Made by a program: the position numbers and the translations under genes. Below the pieces are notes generated by a model. The model was not told the DNA's origin and searched no databases. It saw only the letters and a list, made by a program, of their open reading frames with translations. From contig NC_042998.1 of assembly GCF_006345805.1 (NCBI RefSeq), forward strand, positions 167,896,001 through 167,960,000: DNA of 64,000 bases, in the 5' to 3' direction. How positions within the stretch are numbered: position 1 is the first letter of the stretch; each line of letters begins with the position of its first letter. Below, one piece after another: positions 13,381 through 24,720 of this stretch. The stretch is from Octopus sinensis. Its lineage: Eukaryota.

Positions 13381-13678
13381 CTAGCAGTATCGCCCGGCGT
13401 TGCTCGGTTTTGTAAGGGAAATAACTATATAAGCATTTTTAGAGAGTTACTTCCCTTTATAATAGCAAAAACAATGCATTACAAATGGGAAAAATGATGG
13501 TAAATTTTTTTTAAATAGTAGACTCATCGTAGACCGCGCGCTAATGCCCAGAAGGGCTCGATATGAATCACGGCTATAAGATACCTGCTTTTGGTTAAAA
13601 TGCACCGCAAAATGTGGGAGTAGTTAGGAATCTAAATCGTAGGAGACAGACACACAACTTCACTTTTATATATAAAGA
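13381..13678 (-). mobile_element. Non-autonomous Helitron, internally deleted relative to 2791-3185
   Basis: Same termini; lacks about 100 bp after aagcattttt. Confidence 0.8.
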
Positions 13679-14001
13679 TATATATATATATATATGATGT
13701 ATGCGGTTGTGTGTATACCACCATCGCTACTCATTTTTTTTCGCTACCACTCCTTTCAATTTTAGATTTTGTCTGTTTGTTTTTGTAACCCCTTAATCTC
13801 AATATTTCTTTCTCCACATCTTGGCTTGTTTCGTTTTTACTTTATTCCTATACCGTTCCTTTTCGTTTCCTGTTCGCTGTTCAACCGCATTTGTTTCTAT
13901 TTCATCATACCTTTTTTGAGCTTTGTATGGTTTTAACCGCTCTATAAATGTGTTGTGCATGTAAGTAGGTTTATTATATATATATATATATAATATATAT
14001 G

Positions 14002-14038
<37 letters not shown>

Positions 14039-14080
14039 TGTATGTGTGTGTGATTGTGTATGTATGTATGTATGTATCTC

Positions 14081-14118
<38 letters not shown>

Positions 14119-14589
14119 CTCTCTCGCTCTCTCTCTCTTCTCTTTCTCTTCTCTCTCTCTCTCTCCCTCCTTCTCTCTCTCTCTCTATATAATATATATA
14201 GATATTATATATATATATATATATATTATGCGGGCATTGATGATTTTGTGGAGAAGCTGAACACCCGAAACTTTTCAGAGAACACCAGGTTTTCCACACC
14301 ACTTCTAGTTCAAGTGTTTCGATCATTAACTCCATACGGTGTAAGAAGGCCTGGTTGTATGTAGGTGATGTCTCCCGGATAACCCTCTGCCGCCATGTAT
14401 TTTGCTACTGTTGTGTTCTACACGACATCTTCCTGGACGGTCAGGTGCTTCATTACCAAGTTATCATGGTTATTGTTGTCACTTCAGTATCAAACACCAA
14501 TTGTTCGTAGTTTAGTTTATTCCTTCAGAAGTTCTCTTTCATTATTGCTCCATAACCAAATCTATTTGGGTTTCTATTCACCTTATTCT

Positions 14590-14930
14590 ACCAGTACCTT
14601 TTGAGTTGTGGTCCCCTTTTCCCGTGAAGATGAGAGCCGTTTTACGAGATCATAAGCAGATTTACCCAGAACACCTATCGCTTCTATCGCTTCTATCTCT
14701 CGCTTATAATGAGGACTCTGGCTGAAATGGATTTTTTCAAGTTGTAGACTAGACTGGTATACTTCTTGGTCTTGTAGACGAGGACTTCTGCCACTCTGTT
14801 TTCATATATGAGTTTTATTAGAATCCCTTCTTTTGATGAAAGTGATTTTCTATGCAATATGTAAACACATGCCACGGGAGTCGATGATATCTGGGGTATT
14901 CTTTTTATTTTAGAAGGTTTGCTATGCATT
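14590..14930 (-). pseudogene. Restriction-like endonuclease (REL) C-terminus of an R2/NeSL/R4-type non-LTR retrotransposon, frameshifted
   Basis: Translation TPDIIDSRGMCLHI..(fs)..ENRVAEVLVYKTKKYTSLVYNLKK..(fs)..EAIGVLGKSAYDLVKRL fits the PD..(D/E)..K.KY..L....V.PI.VGA.G pattern. Confidence 0.55.
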
Positions 14931-15038
14931 TCTCTCTTTGCTCCTTCTAGAAGACCTCGTTTCCACGACCCGAACGCCGCAGCTTTTAACGCTCATACTA
15001 TTCTGCTGCTGCTAGTGTAGAACATTCGTTGAGTTTCT

Positions 15039-15420
15039 GTGGAGGCGCAATGGCCCAGTGGTTAGGGCAGCGGACTCGCGGTCGTAGGATCGCGGTTTCG
15101 ATTCCCAGACCGGGCGTTGTGAGTGTTTATTGAGCGAAAACACCTAAAGCTCCACGAGGCTCCGGCAGGGATGGTGGTGATCCCTGCTGTACTCTTTCAC
15201 CACAACTTTCTCTCACTCTTACTTCCTGTTTCTGTTGTACCTGTATTTCAAAGGGCCGGCCTTGTCACTCTCTGTGTCACGCTGAATATCCCCGAGAACT
15301 ACGTTAAGGGTACACGTGTCTGTGGAGTGCTCAGCCACTTACACGTTAATTTCACGAGCAGGCTGTTCCGTTGATCGGATCAACCGGAACCCTCGTTGTC
15401 GTAACCGACGGAGTGCTTCC
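15039..15420 (+). mobile_element. SINE family C (head B, tRNA-Arg-like, + tail Z)
   Basis: ggcgcaatggcccagtggttagggcagcggactcgcggtcgtaggatcgcggtttcgattccc; resembles the octopus OR-type tRNA-Arg SINEs as I recall them. Confidence 0.85.
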
Positions 15421-16142
15421 ATATGGTCTTTTCTCTAATTATACAAATTACATGCACATTATTCTTACTCACTTTATTGTATCTATATGACTATGGCTAT
15501 AACTACTTTGCATGAGCTCAGGATATATCTAACTTTTGCTTACTTTGGCAGAATGGACATACAAGGTTATCCTGATTCCTCCATTCACTATGTATAAAGA
15601 ACGGAAGGTCGTATCCTACCCTGTATTACCATATCCTTTTGTTTTCCATTTTGACTTTGTCCACTCACAACCGTCAAACCTAGTCCCCACTCGTTGATTT
15701 GCATGCAGCTTGTTATTTGTCACAAAGTCAGTCTCTTGAGTTCTCAAATATACAAGAGTCTTACTTTTCCGATCTCGTACTTCTCCACGGTCGACTTAAG
15801 GGGTAAATTCAGCTTTACCAGGCGATATTAGAGAGCAAAAATAGTGAGACCAGACCAAGTAAAATATGCAACCACTGCATTGCGTGCTTTATTTTGGCCT
15901 CCACTATTTCCCCTGTACTAGTTCTGATATTATAATCTGCAAAAGACATAGGAGCTTCGGTATCAATATTAACTGCAAGCACCGATATTTGTTATCTGTG
16001 AAATATTTAGTTTACCTTACTGCAATAAATGAGATTTTTTTCCTCAACTTTGAGAAGTGACATTGATCTGAACTGATTGACATTGACGGTGCGTGAGTTC
16101 TGTTCTTTGGGAATAAACATGCCAGCAACTTTCATGCATTGG

Positions 16143-16186
<44 letters not shown>

Positions 16187-16575
16187 GATAATATATATAT
16201 ATATATATATTATATTATATATATGCGGGCATTGATGATTTTGTGGAGAAGCTGCACACCCAACTTTTCAGAGAACACCAGGTTTTCCACACCACTTCTA
16301 GTTCAAGTGTTTCGATCATTAACTCCATACGGTGTAAGAAGGCCTGGTTGTATGTAGGTGATGTCTCCCGGATAACCCTCTGCCGCCATGTATTTTGCTA
16401 CTGTTGTGTTCTACACGACATCTTCCTGGACGGTCAGGTGCTTCATTACCAAGTTATCATGGTTATTGTTGTCACTTCAGTATCAAACACCAATTGTTCG
16501 TAGTTTAGTTTATTCCTTCAGAAGTTCTCTTTCATTATTGCTCCATAACCAAATCTATTTGGGTTTCTTTTCACC

Positions 16576-16910
16576 TTATTCTACCAGTACCTTTTGAGTT
16601 GTGGTCCCCTTTTCCCGTGAAGATGAGAGCCGTTTTACGAGATCATAAGCAGATTTACCCAGAACACCTATCGCTTCTACCGCTATAATGAGGACTCTGG
16701 CTTGGAAATGGGATTTTTTCAAGTTGTAGACTAGACTGGTATACTTCTTGGTCTTGTAGACGAGGACTTCTGCCACTCTGTTTTCATATATGAGTTTAAT
16801 TAGAATCCCTTCTTTTGATGAAAGTGATTTTCTATGCAATATGTAACACATGCCACGGAGTCGATGATATCTGGGGTATTCTTTTTATTTTAGAAGGTTT
16901 GCTATGCATT
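16576..16910 (-). pseudogene. Second copy of REL-domain fragment
   Basis: ORF 16576-16851: ...KTKKYTSLVYNLKKSHFQARVLIIAVEAIGVLGKSAYDLVKRL. Confidence 0.55.
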
Positions 16911-17024
16911 TCTCCTCTTTGCTCTTCTAGAAGACCTCGTTTCCACACGACCCGACCGACGCCGCACTTTTAACGCTCATACTATTCTGCTGCTGCTAGT
17001 GTAAACATTCGTTGAGGTTTCTGT

Positions 17025-17407
17025 GTGGAGGCGCAATGGCCAGTGGTTAGGGCAGCGGACTCGCGGTCGTAGGATCGCGGTTTCGATTCCCAGACCGGGC
17101 GTTGTGAGTGTTTATTGAGCGAAAACACCTAAAGCTCCACGAGGCTCTCGGCAGGATGGTGGTGATCCCTGCTGTACTCTTTCACCACACTTTCTCTCAC
17201 TCTTACTACTTCCTGTTTCTGTTGTACCTGTATTTCAAAGGGCCGGCCTTGTCACTCTCTGTGTCACGCTGAATATCCCCGAGAACTACGTTAAGGGTAC
17301 ACGTGTCTGTGGAGTGCTCAGCCACTTACACGTTAATTTCACGAGCAGGCTGTTCCGTTGATCGGATCAACCGGAACCCTCGTTGTCGTAACCGACGGAG
17401 TGCTTCC
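17025..17407 (+). mobile_element. SINE family C (duplicate of 15039-15420)
   Basis: Near-identical sequence. Confidence 0.85.
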
Positions 17408-18182
17408 ATATGGTCTTTTCTCTAATTATACAAATTACATGCACATTATTCTTACTCACTTTATTGTATCTATATGACTATGGCTATAACTACTTTGCAT
17501 GAGCTCAGGATATATCTAACTTTTGCTTACTTTGGCAGAATGGACATACAAGGTTATCCTGATTCCTCCCATTTCACTATGTATTAAAGAACGGAAGGTC
17601 GTATCCTACCCTGTATTACCATATCCTTTTGTTTTCCATTTTGACTTTGTCCACTACACCGTCAAACCTAGTCCCCACTCGTTGATTTGCATGCAGCTTG
17701 TTATTTGTCACAAAGTCAGTCTCTTGAGTTCTCAAATATACAAGAGTCTTACTTTTCCGATCTCGTACTTCTCCACGGTCGACTTAAGGGGTAAATTCAG
17801 CTTTACCAGGCGATATTAGAGAGCAAAAATAGTGAGACCAGACCAAGTAAAATATGCACCACTGCATTGGCGTGCTTTATTTTGGCCTCCACTATTTCCC
17901 TGTACTAGTTCTGATATTATAATCTGCAAAAGACATAGGAGCTTCGGTATCAATATTAACTGCAAGCACCGATATTTGTTTCTCTGTGAAATATTTAGTT
18001 TACCTTACTGCAATAATGAGATTTTTTTCCTCAACTTTGAGAAGTGACATTGATCTGAACTGATTGGACCATTGACGGTGCGTGAGTTCTGTTCTTTGGG
18101 AATAAACATGCCAAACTTTCATGCATTGGTTTTTCTCTCTCTCTCTCTCTCTCTCTCCTCCTCTCTCTCGATACTATATATA

Positions 18183-18223
<41 letters not shown>

Positions 18224-18484
18224 GAGAGAGAGAGAGATGATGTATGTATGTATGTATAATATATATATATATATAATGATAAATCTCAGAGCGAGTTATA
18301 AACGGTAGCGGTAACACATCGTGACGCATATTTGCTATTTGAATATGGCTAACCCCTAAGGGTGGATACTACTGTAGTTTGTAGCCCCAGGAAGATATCT
18401 CCTCCAGCTGGCTATAGACACACTATCTGTGTCTTCTCAGTATTTGTGAAGGGAAGTCATCCTCCCCGTCTTCAACTCATGATA

Positions 18485-18529
18485 CACACGGACCCGAGTT
18501 TCAAGGTGTTTACCTATCATCAGCGTGTG
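18485..18529 (-). ncRNA. Type I hammerhead ribozyme (minimal)
   Basis: Minus: CACACG-CUGAUGA-U AGGU AAAC ACCU U-GAAAC UCGG GUC^CGUGUG. Stem I is 6 bp WC; stem II has 4 bp plus a U.U at 10.1-11.1. Confidence 0.8.
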
Positions 18530-18811
18530 ACAATCATGGTTGTCGACGAGAAGTCAGCTCCCTTCACAAATACATAAACTTTATCCAGTGTCGATTGACA
18601 CTGATATTGAAAAAGTGAAATCAAACAATGATAAATCTCAGAGCGAGTTATAAACAGTAGCGGTAACACATCGTGACGCATATTTGCCATTTAAATATGG
18701 CTAACCCCTAATGGAGGATGCTACTGTAGTTTGTAGCCCCAGGAAGATATCTCCTCCAGCTGTATATGTATTTGTGAAAGGAGCTGACTTCTCGTCGACA
18801 ACCATGATTGT

Positions 18812-18856
18812 CACACGCTGATGAAAGGTAAACATCTTGAAACTCGGGTACGTGTG
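18812..18856 (+). ncRNA. Type I hammerhead ribozyme (minimal)
   Basis: CACACG-CUGAUGA-AAGGU AAAC AUCUU-GAAAC UCGG GUA^CGUGUG. Core is complete; stem I 6 bp, stem II 5 bp; predicted cut after A18850. Confidence 0.85.
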
Positions 18857-19325
18857 TATCATGAATTGAAGACGGGGAGATGACTTCCCTTCACAAATAC
18901 TGAGAGGACACAGATAGTGTGTCTATAGCCAGCTGGAGGAGATATCTTCCTGGGGCTACAAACTACAGTAGCATCCACCCTTAGGGGTTAGCCATATTCA
19001 AATGGCAAATATGCGTCACTATATATATTATATAATATTTATATATATATAATATATATTATATATATATATGTATTAATTATTAACTTCAATACAGTAA
19101 TTTATAACTTGTTAATTTATTGTAATTTATTAACATTTAGAATCCTTCGATGCCGACGAGAGTAATTGGTTATATTCAACTAGAAGTATGAAGGGTAAAG
19201 TTAACGCCCGGGAGATTCAAATTCATAAGGAAACGTAGTAGTAATTAAATGAATTACACAACAGATTATAATAACAGGTGTATTGTTTAAAGTTATTTAG
19301 AAAACACTTTTTCATTATACACACA

Positions 19326-19399
<74 letters not shown>

Positions 19400-19854
19400 T
19401 TATCATTAAGTATGCGTAGATATTTTTATAGGAATATTTATGAATTCGTGATCGCTAATCCGCAAACTTCAGTCCAATGGAAAATAGTTAATCTAAAGTA
19501 AGATTAATTGCATTAAACTTCAGAATTAATTGCATTAAACTTCAGAATTTTAAACACTGCGTTGTAATGTAACCGGTCTGTTTGGTTAACGTCATGACCG
19601 ATCCTTCAACACGCATCTGTAAATACCTATGAAGTAAGCAAGCGAATGAGCGAGCAAGCAAACAAAAAAGGAAAGAAAAAGAGAAAGAGAGAGAAACTGG
19701 AAAAAATAGAGAGAAAGGAAGAAACTGAATAGAATTGATTTCTCTTTTTGTTATTTTGACTCTAAAGGGAATGATAATATTGGTTCCAAATTTTGTCACA
19801 AGAACAACAACATAGTGGGAAGTGTAAGTCGAAGGGTGGGTGTAAGAGGAACAG

Positions 19855-20168
19855 GGCAAAGTCCTTTATTTTTTCGACCCCAAAGGATAAAGGGCAAAGT
19901 CGACTATGGTGGAATTTGAACTCAGAATATTAAATACCTATTTCTTTACTGCCCACAAGGGGCTACACACAGAGGAAACAAACAAGGACAGACGTACGGA
20001 TTAAGTCGATTATATCGACGTCAGTGCGTAACTGGTACTTATTTAATCGACCCCGAAAGGATGAAAGGCAAAGTTGACCTCGGTGGAATTTGAACTCAGA
20101 ACGTAGCAGCAGACGAAATAATGCTAGGCATTTTGCCCGGCGTGCTAACAATTCTGTCAGCTCGCCAC
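19855..20168 (-). mobile_element. SINE family A with one extra internal module
   Basis: Two ggaatttgaactcagaa B-box blocks separated by the tatttctttact.cccacaagggg module. Confidence 0.85.
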
Positions 20169-20526
20169 CTCAAAGCAAAGAATAATATTGATTAAAAGAC
20201 GTGTTGACAGAAAAGTGAGTATGATGGTAGACTGAGCTTAAGAAAATTGATATTTGCTTGACGACAGAAAAGGGAGAGGTGAAGAGGTTAAAAAGAGTGA
20301 AGAGGAACGAGAAGCGAGGCAGACAAGAAACTAAGAGACGCTATTTAGACGGATACGATAAGTAGCAATCCTAATAATCCATTACAACAGAAGTTTTAAG
20401 AGTTAAAAATAACATTAACTAGCACGAACGTACATTAACGATGATTTTAGCGCTGAACCCATTTCAAACACATCTCCACTTTCAATGTCAATAAATGATC
20501 TCCTGCCTCTCAGATGTTCTCTATCC

Positions 20527-21174
20527 CAGTAGCTCTTAACCATTTTTGGCAATGGACCGCTTTGATTTTATTCGGGGGTGAGGAAAGACCCCCATAGCCA
20601 TTCGATGTTTAAAACTCTTATTACATTATGCATTTGTGTTGCAAGACTCTTGACTGATGTGAAATCGTGTGTTGAAGCAGATATTGTTGTATTTCGGGAC
20701 GGTCATTTTTTTTTGTCGAATAAACACACGAACTATTTTATTTGTTCTTCACTCGTTTATTATTACTGTTCATATTCTAACTCATATTCATTGTCCGGAA
20801 ATTTTTCGTCACCCATTTGTGATCTCTTCAGCGACACTTTTCGTCTTCGTGTGTGCTCTTGCTCCACTCGCTGAAGAGGTCACAGGTGTATAACGAAAGA
20901 TTTCCGGACAATGGACATGAGTTAAAATAAGAACAGTAATAAACGAGTGAAGAACTAACATACAGTGCGTGTGTTTATTTGGCAAAAAAATGACCGTCCC
21001 AAAATACAACAATATTCCTATTACATTATTACTAAATTTTATTAGGAATTTTTAAAAAATGCTTAGTTATTGCGTGTATTATAGAAATATAAACAGTTTA
21101 TTGCACATAAGTTTTAACAACAAAATCTTATATGGACTCTCAAGGGCCATATGAACCCCGGTTGAGGACCACTG
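20527..21174. mobile_element. hAT-superfamily MITE with 8-bp TSD
   Basis: TIRs CAGTAGCTCTTAACC / GGTTGAGGACCACTG; identical 8-bp flanks CTCTATCC at 20519-20526 and 21175-21182. Confidence 0.85.
20681..21015. repeat. Fold-back (~150-bp arms) inside the hAT MITE, with HHR-like cores near the centre
   Basis: atattgttgtatttcgggacggtcatt... is mirrored by ...aatgaccgtcccaaaatacaacaatat; CTGAAGA..GAAA occurs on both arms. Confidence 0.85.
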
Positions 21175-21887
21175 CTCTATCCGATTTATACAACTGATTT
21201 ATATAACGAACCAAAATCAAAAAAAGTCACAAAAAATAGTCACCAGGGAAATGCTAGAGACTTACAGGACCGACAGAGTGTTTTCGTGGCGTCGGCTGGA
21301 ATATTCGTCTTAGTCATCGAACTTTAAAAGTAGTGGATATACAATACTATGTAAGGCGTTTTCAATCTGTACATGTCATGTATTGTCAATAAATGACAAA
21401 CTAAAATATTTTGTTTTATTTCCTTTATTGTAGAAATCGAATAAAAGTTGATTTTTTTTTTACATGTGCACAGAACGTGTATAAGTCATGCACTGTCAGT
21501 TAATAACTGATCTAAAATAGTTTGTTTTATTACTTTAATTATTTGCAGTATTTAAAAAGAATCTGATGTTTTTTCCTGTGACATTTTTCGTAGCTAAACT
21601 TGTGACTATTTTTTCCAGGTCACCCTGTCACCATGTATAGCTGTCATTCAACCTGTTAATATGTACTAAACTATGGGAGGGACGGTCTACAGTAATCCTA
21701 TTCACGCATACACACATATACACACATTATATAAACATATTAACGTGCGTTAGTGAGTATATGCATAAGTATGCATATGTCCAATAACTTGGTTTTGATT
21801 CTTGCAGGAAACCTTATATGCATACATATACATACAAATATATTTGTGTGTGTGTGTGTATGCGCGCGCGCGTGCGCGTGGGGGGGG

Positions 21888-22090
21888 GGGCCTAGTGGTT
21901 TGGCTGTTGTACTCACAATCACTAGAACGTGGGTTCAATTCCCCGAGTGGGCGGCGCGTTGTTGGTTTGCTCATATAGCCAGCGGAGTGGCGTCATTTGA
22001 AAGGTAAATGAATGCAAATGCGCATTGTAACCAGCGGTGTGTAACGACATCTGATAGCCTGGTCGGTCATACGATCACGGGATCATGTGA
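21888..22090 (+). mobile_element. tRNA-derived SINE, fourth family, diverged
   Basis: ggcctagtggtt (A-box-like) ... gggttcaattcc (B box); tail gcgcattgtaaccagcg..gtcggtca. Confidence 0.55.
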
Positions 22091-22124
22091 TGTATGTATT
22101 TTTATATGTATATATATATATCTT

Positions 22125-22209
<85 letters not shown>

Positions 22210-22316
22210 GACAGAAGAGATAAAAATCCAGAGCTCACCTCTAGTCTGTCCATAGCACTTACTCAGCATTACCTGACACCTTTGCTGTCTTCTTGACACC
22301 ATTAGCTCTCATAACC

Positions 22317-22387
<71 letters not shown>

Positions 22388-22421
22388 GCATACATATATA
22401 CATATTGATATATATATAATA

Positions 22422-22828
22422 TTTTATTCTTTTATTTGTTTCAGTCACTTGACTGAAATCATGCTGGAACACCGGTTTTAGTCGAGCAAATCGACCCCAT
22501 GATTTATTTTTTGTGAGCCTAGTACTTATTCTATCGGTCTATCTTGCCGAACCGCTAGTTGACGGGGGCGTAAACACACCAGCATCGATTGTCAAACGAT
22601 GATGTTGGTGGGGGGACAAACACAGACACACAGACATATATATATATAATATATATATATATATACCCGACGGGCTTCTTTCAGTTTCCGTCTACCAAAT
22701 CCACTCACAAGGCTTTGATCAGCTCGAGGCTATAGTAGAAGAAACTTTCCCAAGGTGCCTCGCAGTGGGACTGAACCCGGAATCATGTGGTTAGTATGCA
22801 AGCTACTTACCACACAGCCACTCCTGCC
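22422..22828 (-). mobile_element. SINE family B
   Basis: Full reverse-complement copy. Confidence 0.9.
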
Positions 22829-22882
22829 GATTATATATATATATATACTATATATATATATGTGTGTGTATATATATATGTG

Positions 22883-22964
<82 letters not shown>

Positions 22965-23005
22965 TATATCTGCATACATATATACATATTGATATATATA
23001 TAATA

Positions 23006-23215
23006 TTTTATTCTTTTATTTGTTTCAGTCACTTGACTGAAATCATGCTGGAACACCGGTTTTAGTCGAGCAAATCGACCCCATGATTTATTTTTTGTGA
23101 GCCTAGTCCTTATTCTATCGGTCTAATCTTGCCGAACCGCTAGTTGACGGGGGCGTAAACACACCAGCATCGATTGTCAAACGATGATGTTGGTGGGGGG
23201 ACAAACACGACACCA

Positions 23216-23253
<38 letters not shown>

Positions 23254-23414
23254 CCGACGGCTTCTTTCAGTTTCCGTCTACCAAATCCACTCACAAGGCT
23301 TTGATCAGCTCGAGGCTATAGTAGAAGAAACTTTCCCAAGGTGCCTCGCAGTGGGCCTGAACCCGGAATCATGTGGTTAGTATGCAAGCGACTTACCACA
23401 CAGCCACTCCTGCC
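23006..23414 (-). mobile_element. SINE family B (local duplicate of 22422-22828)
   Basis: Shares private variants (gaaatcatgctggaacaccggtttt) and flanks. Confidence 0.9.
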
Positions 23415-23458
23415 GATTATATATATATATATACTATATATATATGTGTGTGTATATA

Positions 23459-23544
<86 letters not shown>

Positions 23545-23734
23545 GCAGATGCTATTTTGTGGGCATAGGGGTAATACATTCCATATAAAACCACTGCATT
23601 TGCAGTGGCTTCTAACCTTATTTATTAAGCAAATACGCCTCCTGACCAGAGTCACAACGCGATATCAGTGACTGGAACAGATGCTCAAACGAAAAGTTCT
23701 ATATCTTCTTTATCCAAATATTTCTCTTTTTCTT

Positions 23735-23922
23735 TTAGATGTCTTCTTCTTCCTTCATTCTTCTCTTCGCTTCTTCTTCGTCGTCGTCTTCTTCTTCTTC
23801 TTCTTCTTCTTCTTATTCTTCTTCTTTTCTTCTTCTTTCTCTTCTTCTTCTTCGTCTTCTTCTCTCCTTCTTTCTTCTTCTTCTCTTCTTCTCTGCTTCT
23901 TCTTCTTCTTCTTCTTCTCTCT
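23735..23922. repeat. Degenerate (CTT)n polypyrimidine tract
   Basis: Direct reading. Confidence 0.9.
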
Positions 23923-24289
23923 ATAATCTTCTCATCGATCTTTTGTAACGAATTCTTCCTTGGTCTAATATTTTTCAACGAAGGACATAACCAGTTCAAT
24001 TCAATATTTATCTGCTATGTCGATGATTGCCCTTAAGTAAGATAAAAAGTTAAATTGACTTTATAGGATCCAAAGTAAAAATGTACATAAAAGGAATATC
24101 CACTGTCAAATTCTCTACACTTTCTGTCAGTAGCAGTGTATGATGATTTTAAACTATTTGAAAGCTGTGATAACAAACTAGAGATGCTAAATAGGAAAGC
24201 GTGTGGAAGACACGAACACACGAAGTGTGCCAAGTTCACCCAGCTAAAAAGCAAAACATTATAAAATCAGTCAATAACAAATAATGTAA

Positions 24290-24720
24290 CGCTTTGCTAT
24301 TACGTAGTGTCGGGTTCAGTCTTACTGTGCGGCACCTTTGGCAAGTGTCTTCTACTATAGTCCTAGGCTGAATACATGATATCGCACAGTAACTTGAATA
24401 TAAACAGAAATAGTGGAATATTGTGAAATATATAGGAATGTAGTGGAATATACGCGGGAATTTGCTACACGGAAAATATGTGGAAGCCCGTCGTATCTGT
24501 AGGTATATCTTTGTGCTTGTGTTTGTCCAGAATCAGCTTGACAGCCGGCGTTGGATTACGTCTCTGTAACTTAGCTGTACGGCAAAATAGACTGATAGAA
24601 TATGTACCAGACATTAAAATAAGTATTGAGTCGATCTACTCGACTCGACTGAAGGCCTTCAAGGCGATACTCTAGCGTGGTCGTAGTCCAATGACTGAAG
24701 CAAGTAAAGAAAGAAAGGAA
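24290..24720 (+). mobile_element. SINE family B, old copy
   Basis: gggttcagtc..gcggcacctttggcaagtgtcttctactatag ... gtccaatgactgaagcaagtaaa. Confidence 0.7.

Larger units (their letters stand above)
14226..18132. repeat. ~2.0-kb tandem duplication (units ~14226-16147 and ~16223-18132)
   Basis: Both units start atgcgggcattgatg and end actttcatgcattggtttttctctc. They are separated by (CT)n(TA)n and differ mostly by 1-nt indels. Confidence 0.9.
18276..19019. mobile_element. Penelope/retrozyme-like element with A-B-spacer-A-B'-A' direct plus inverted architecture
   Basis: A at 18276-18410 and 18628-18762 (352-bp period); 18767-19019 is the reverse complement of B+A; an HHR lies in each B. Confidence 0.75.

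Noticed and set aside
13999-14604. Plus-strand near-continuous ORFs (AGIDDFVEKLN.. / MYFATVVFY..)
   Set aside because: They are interrupted by stops, start in a microsatellite, and lie opposite the 3' region of the minus-strand REL relic; no domain is recognised.
15039-15115. tRNA-Arg-like cloverleaf
   Set aside because: It is the head of a multi-copy SINE continuing into a non-tRNA body; the acceptor stem is not closed.
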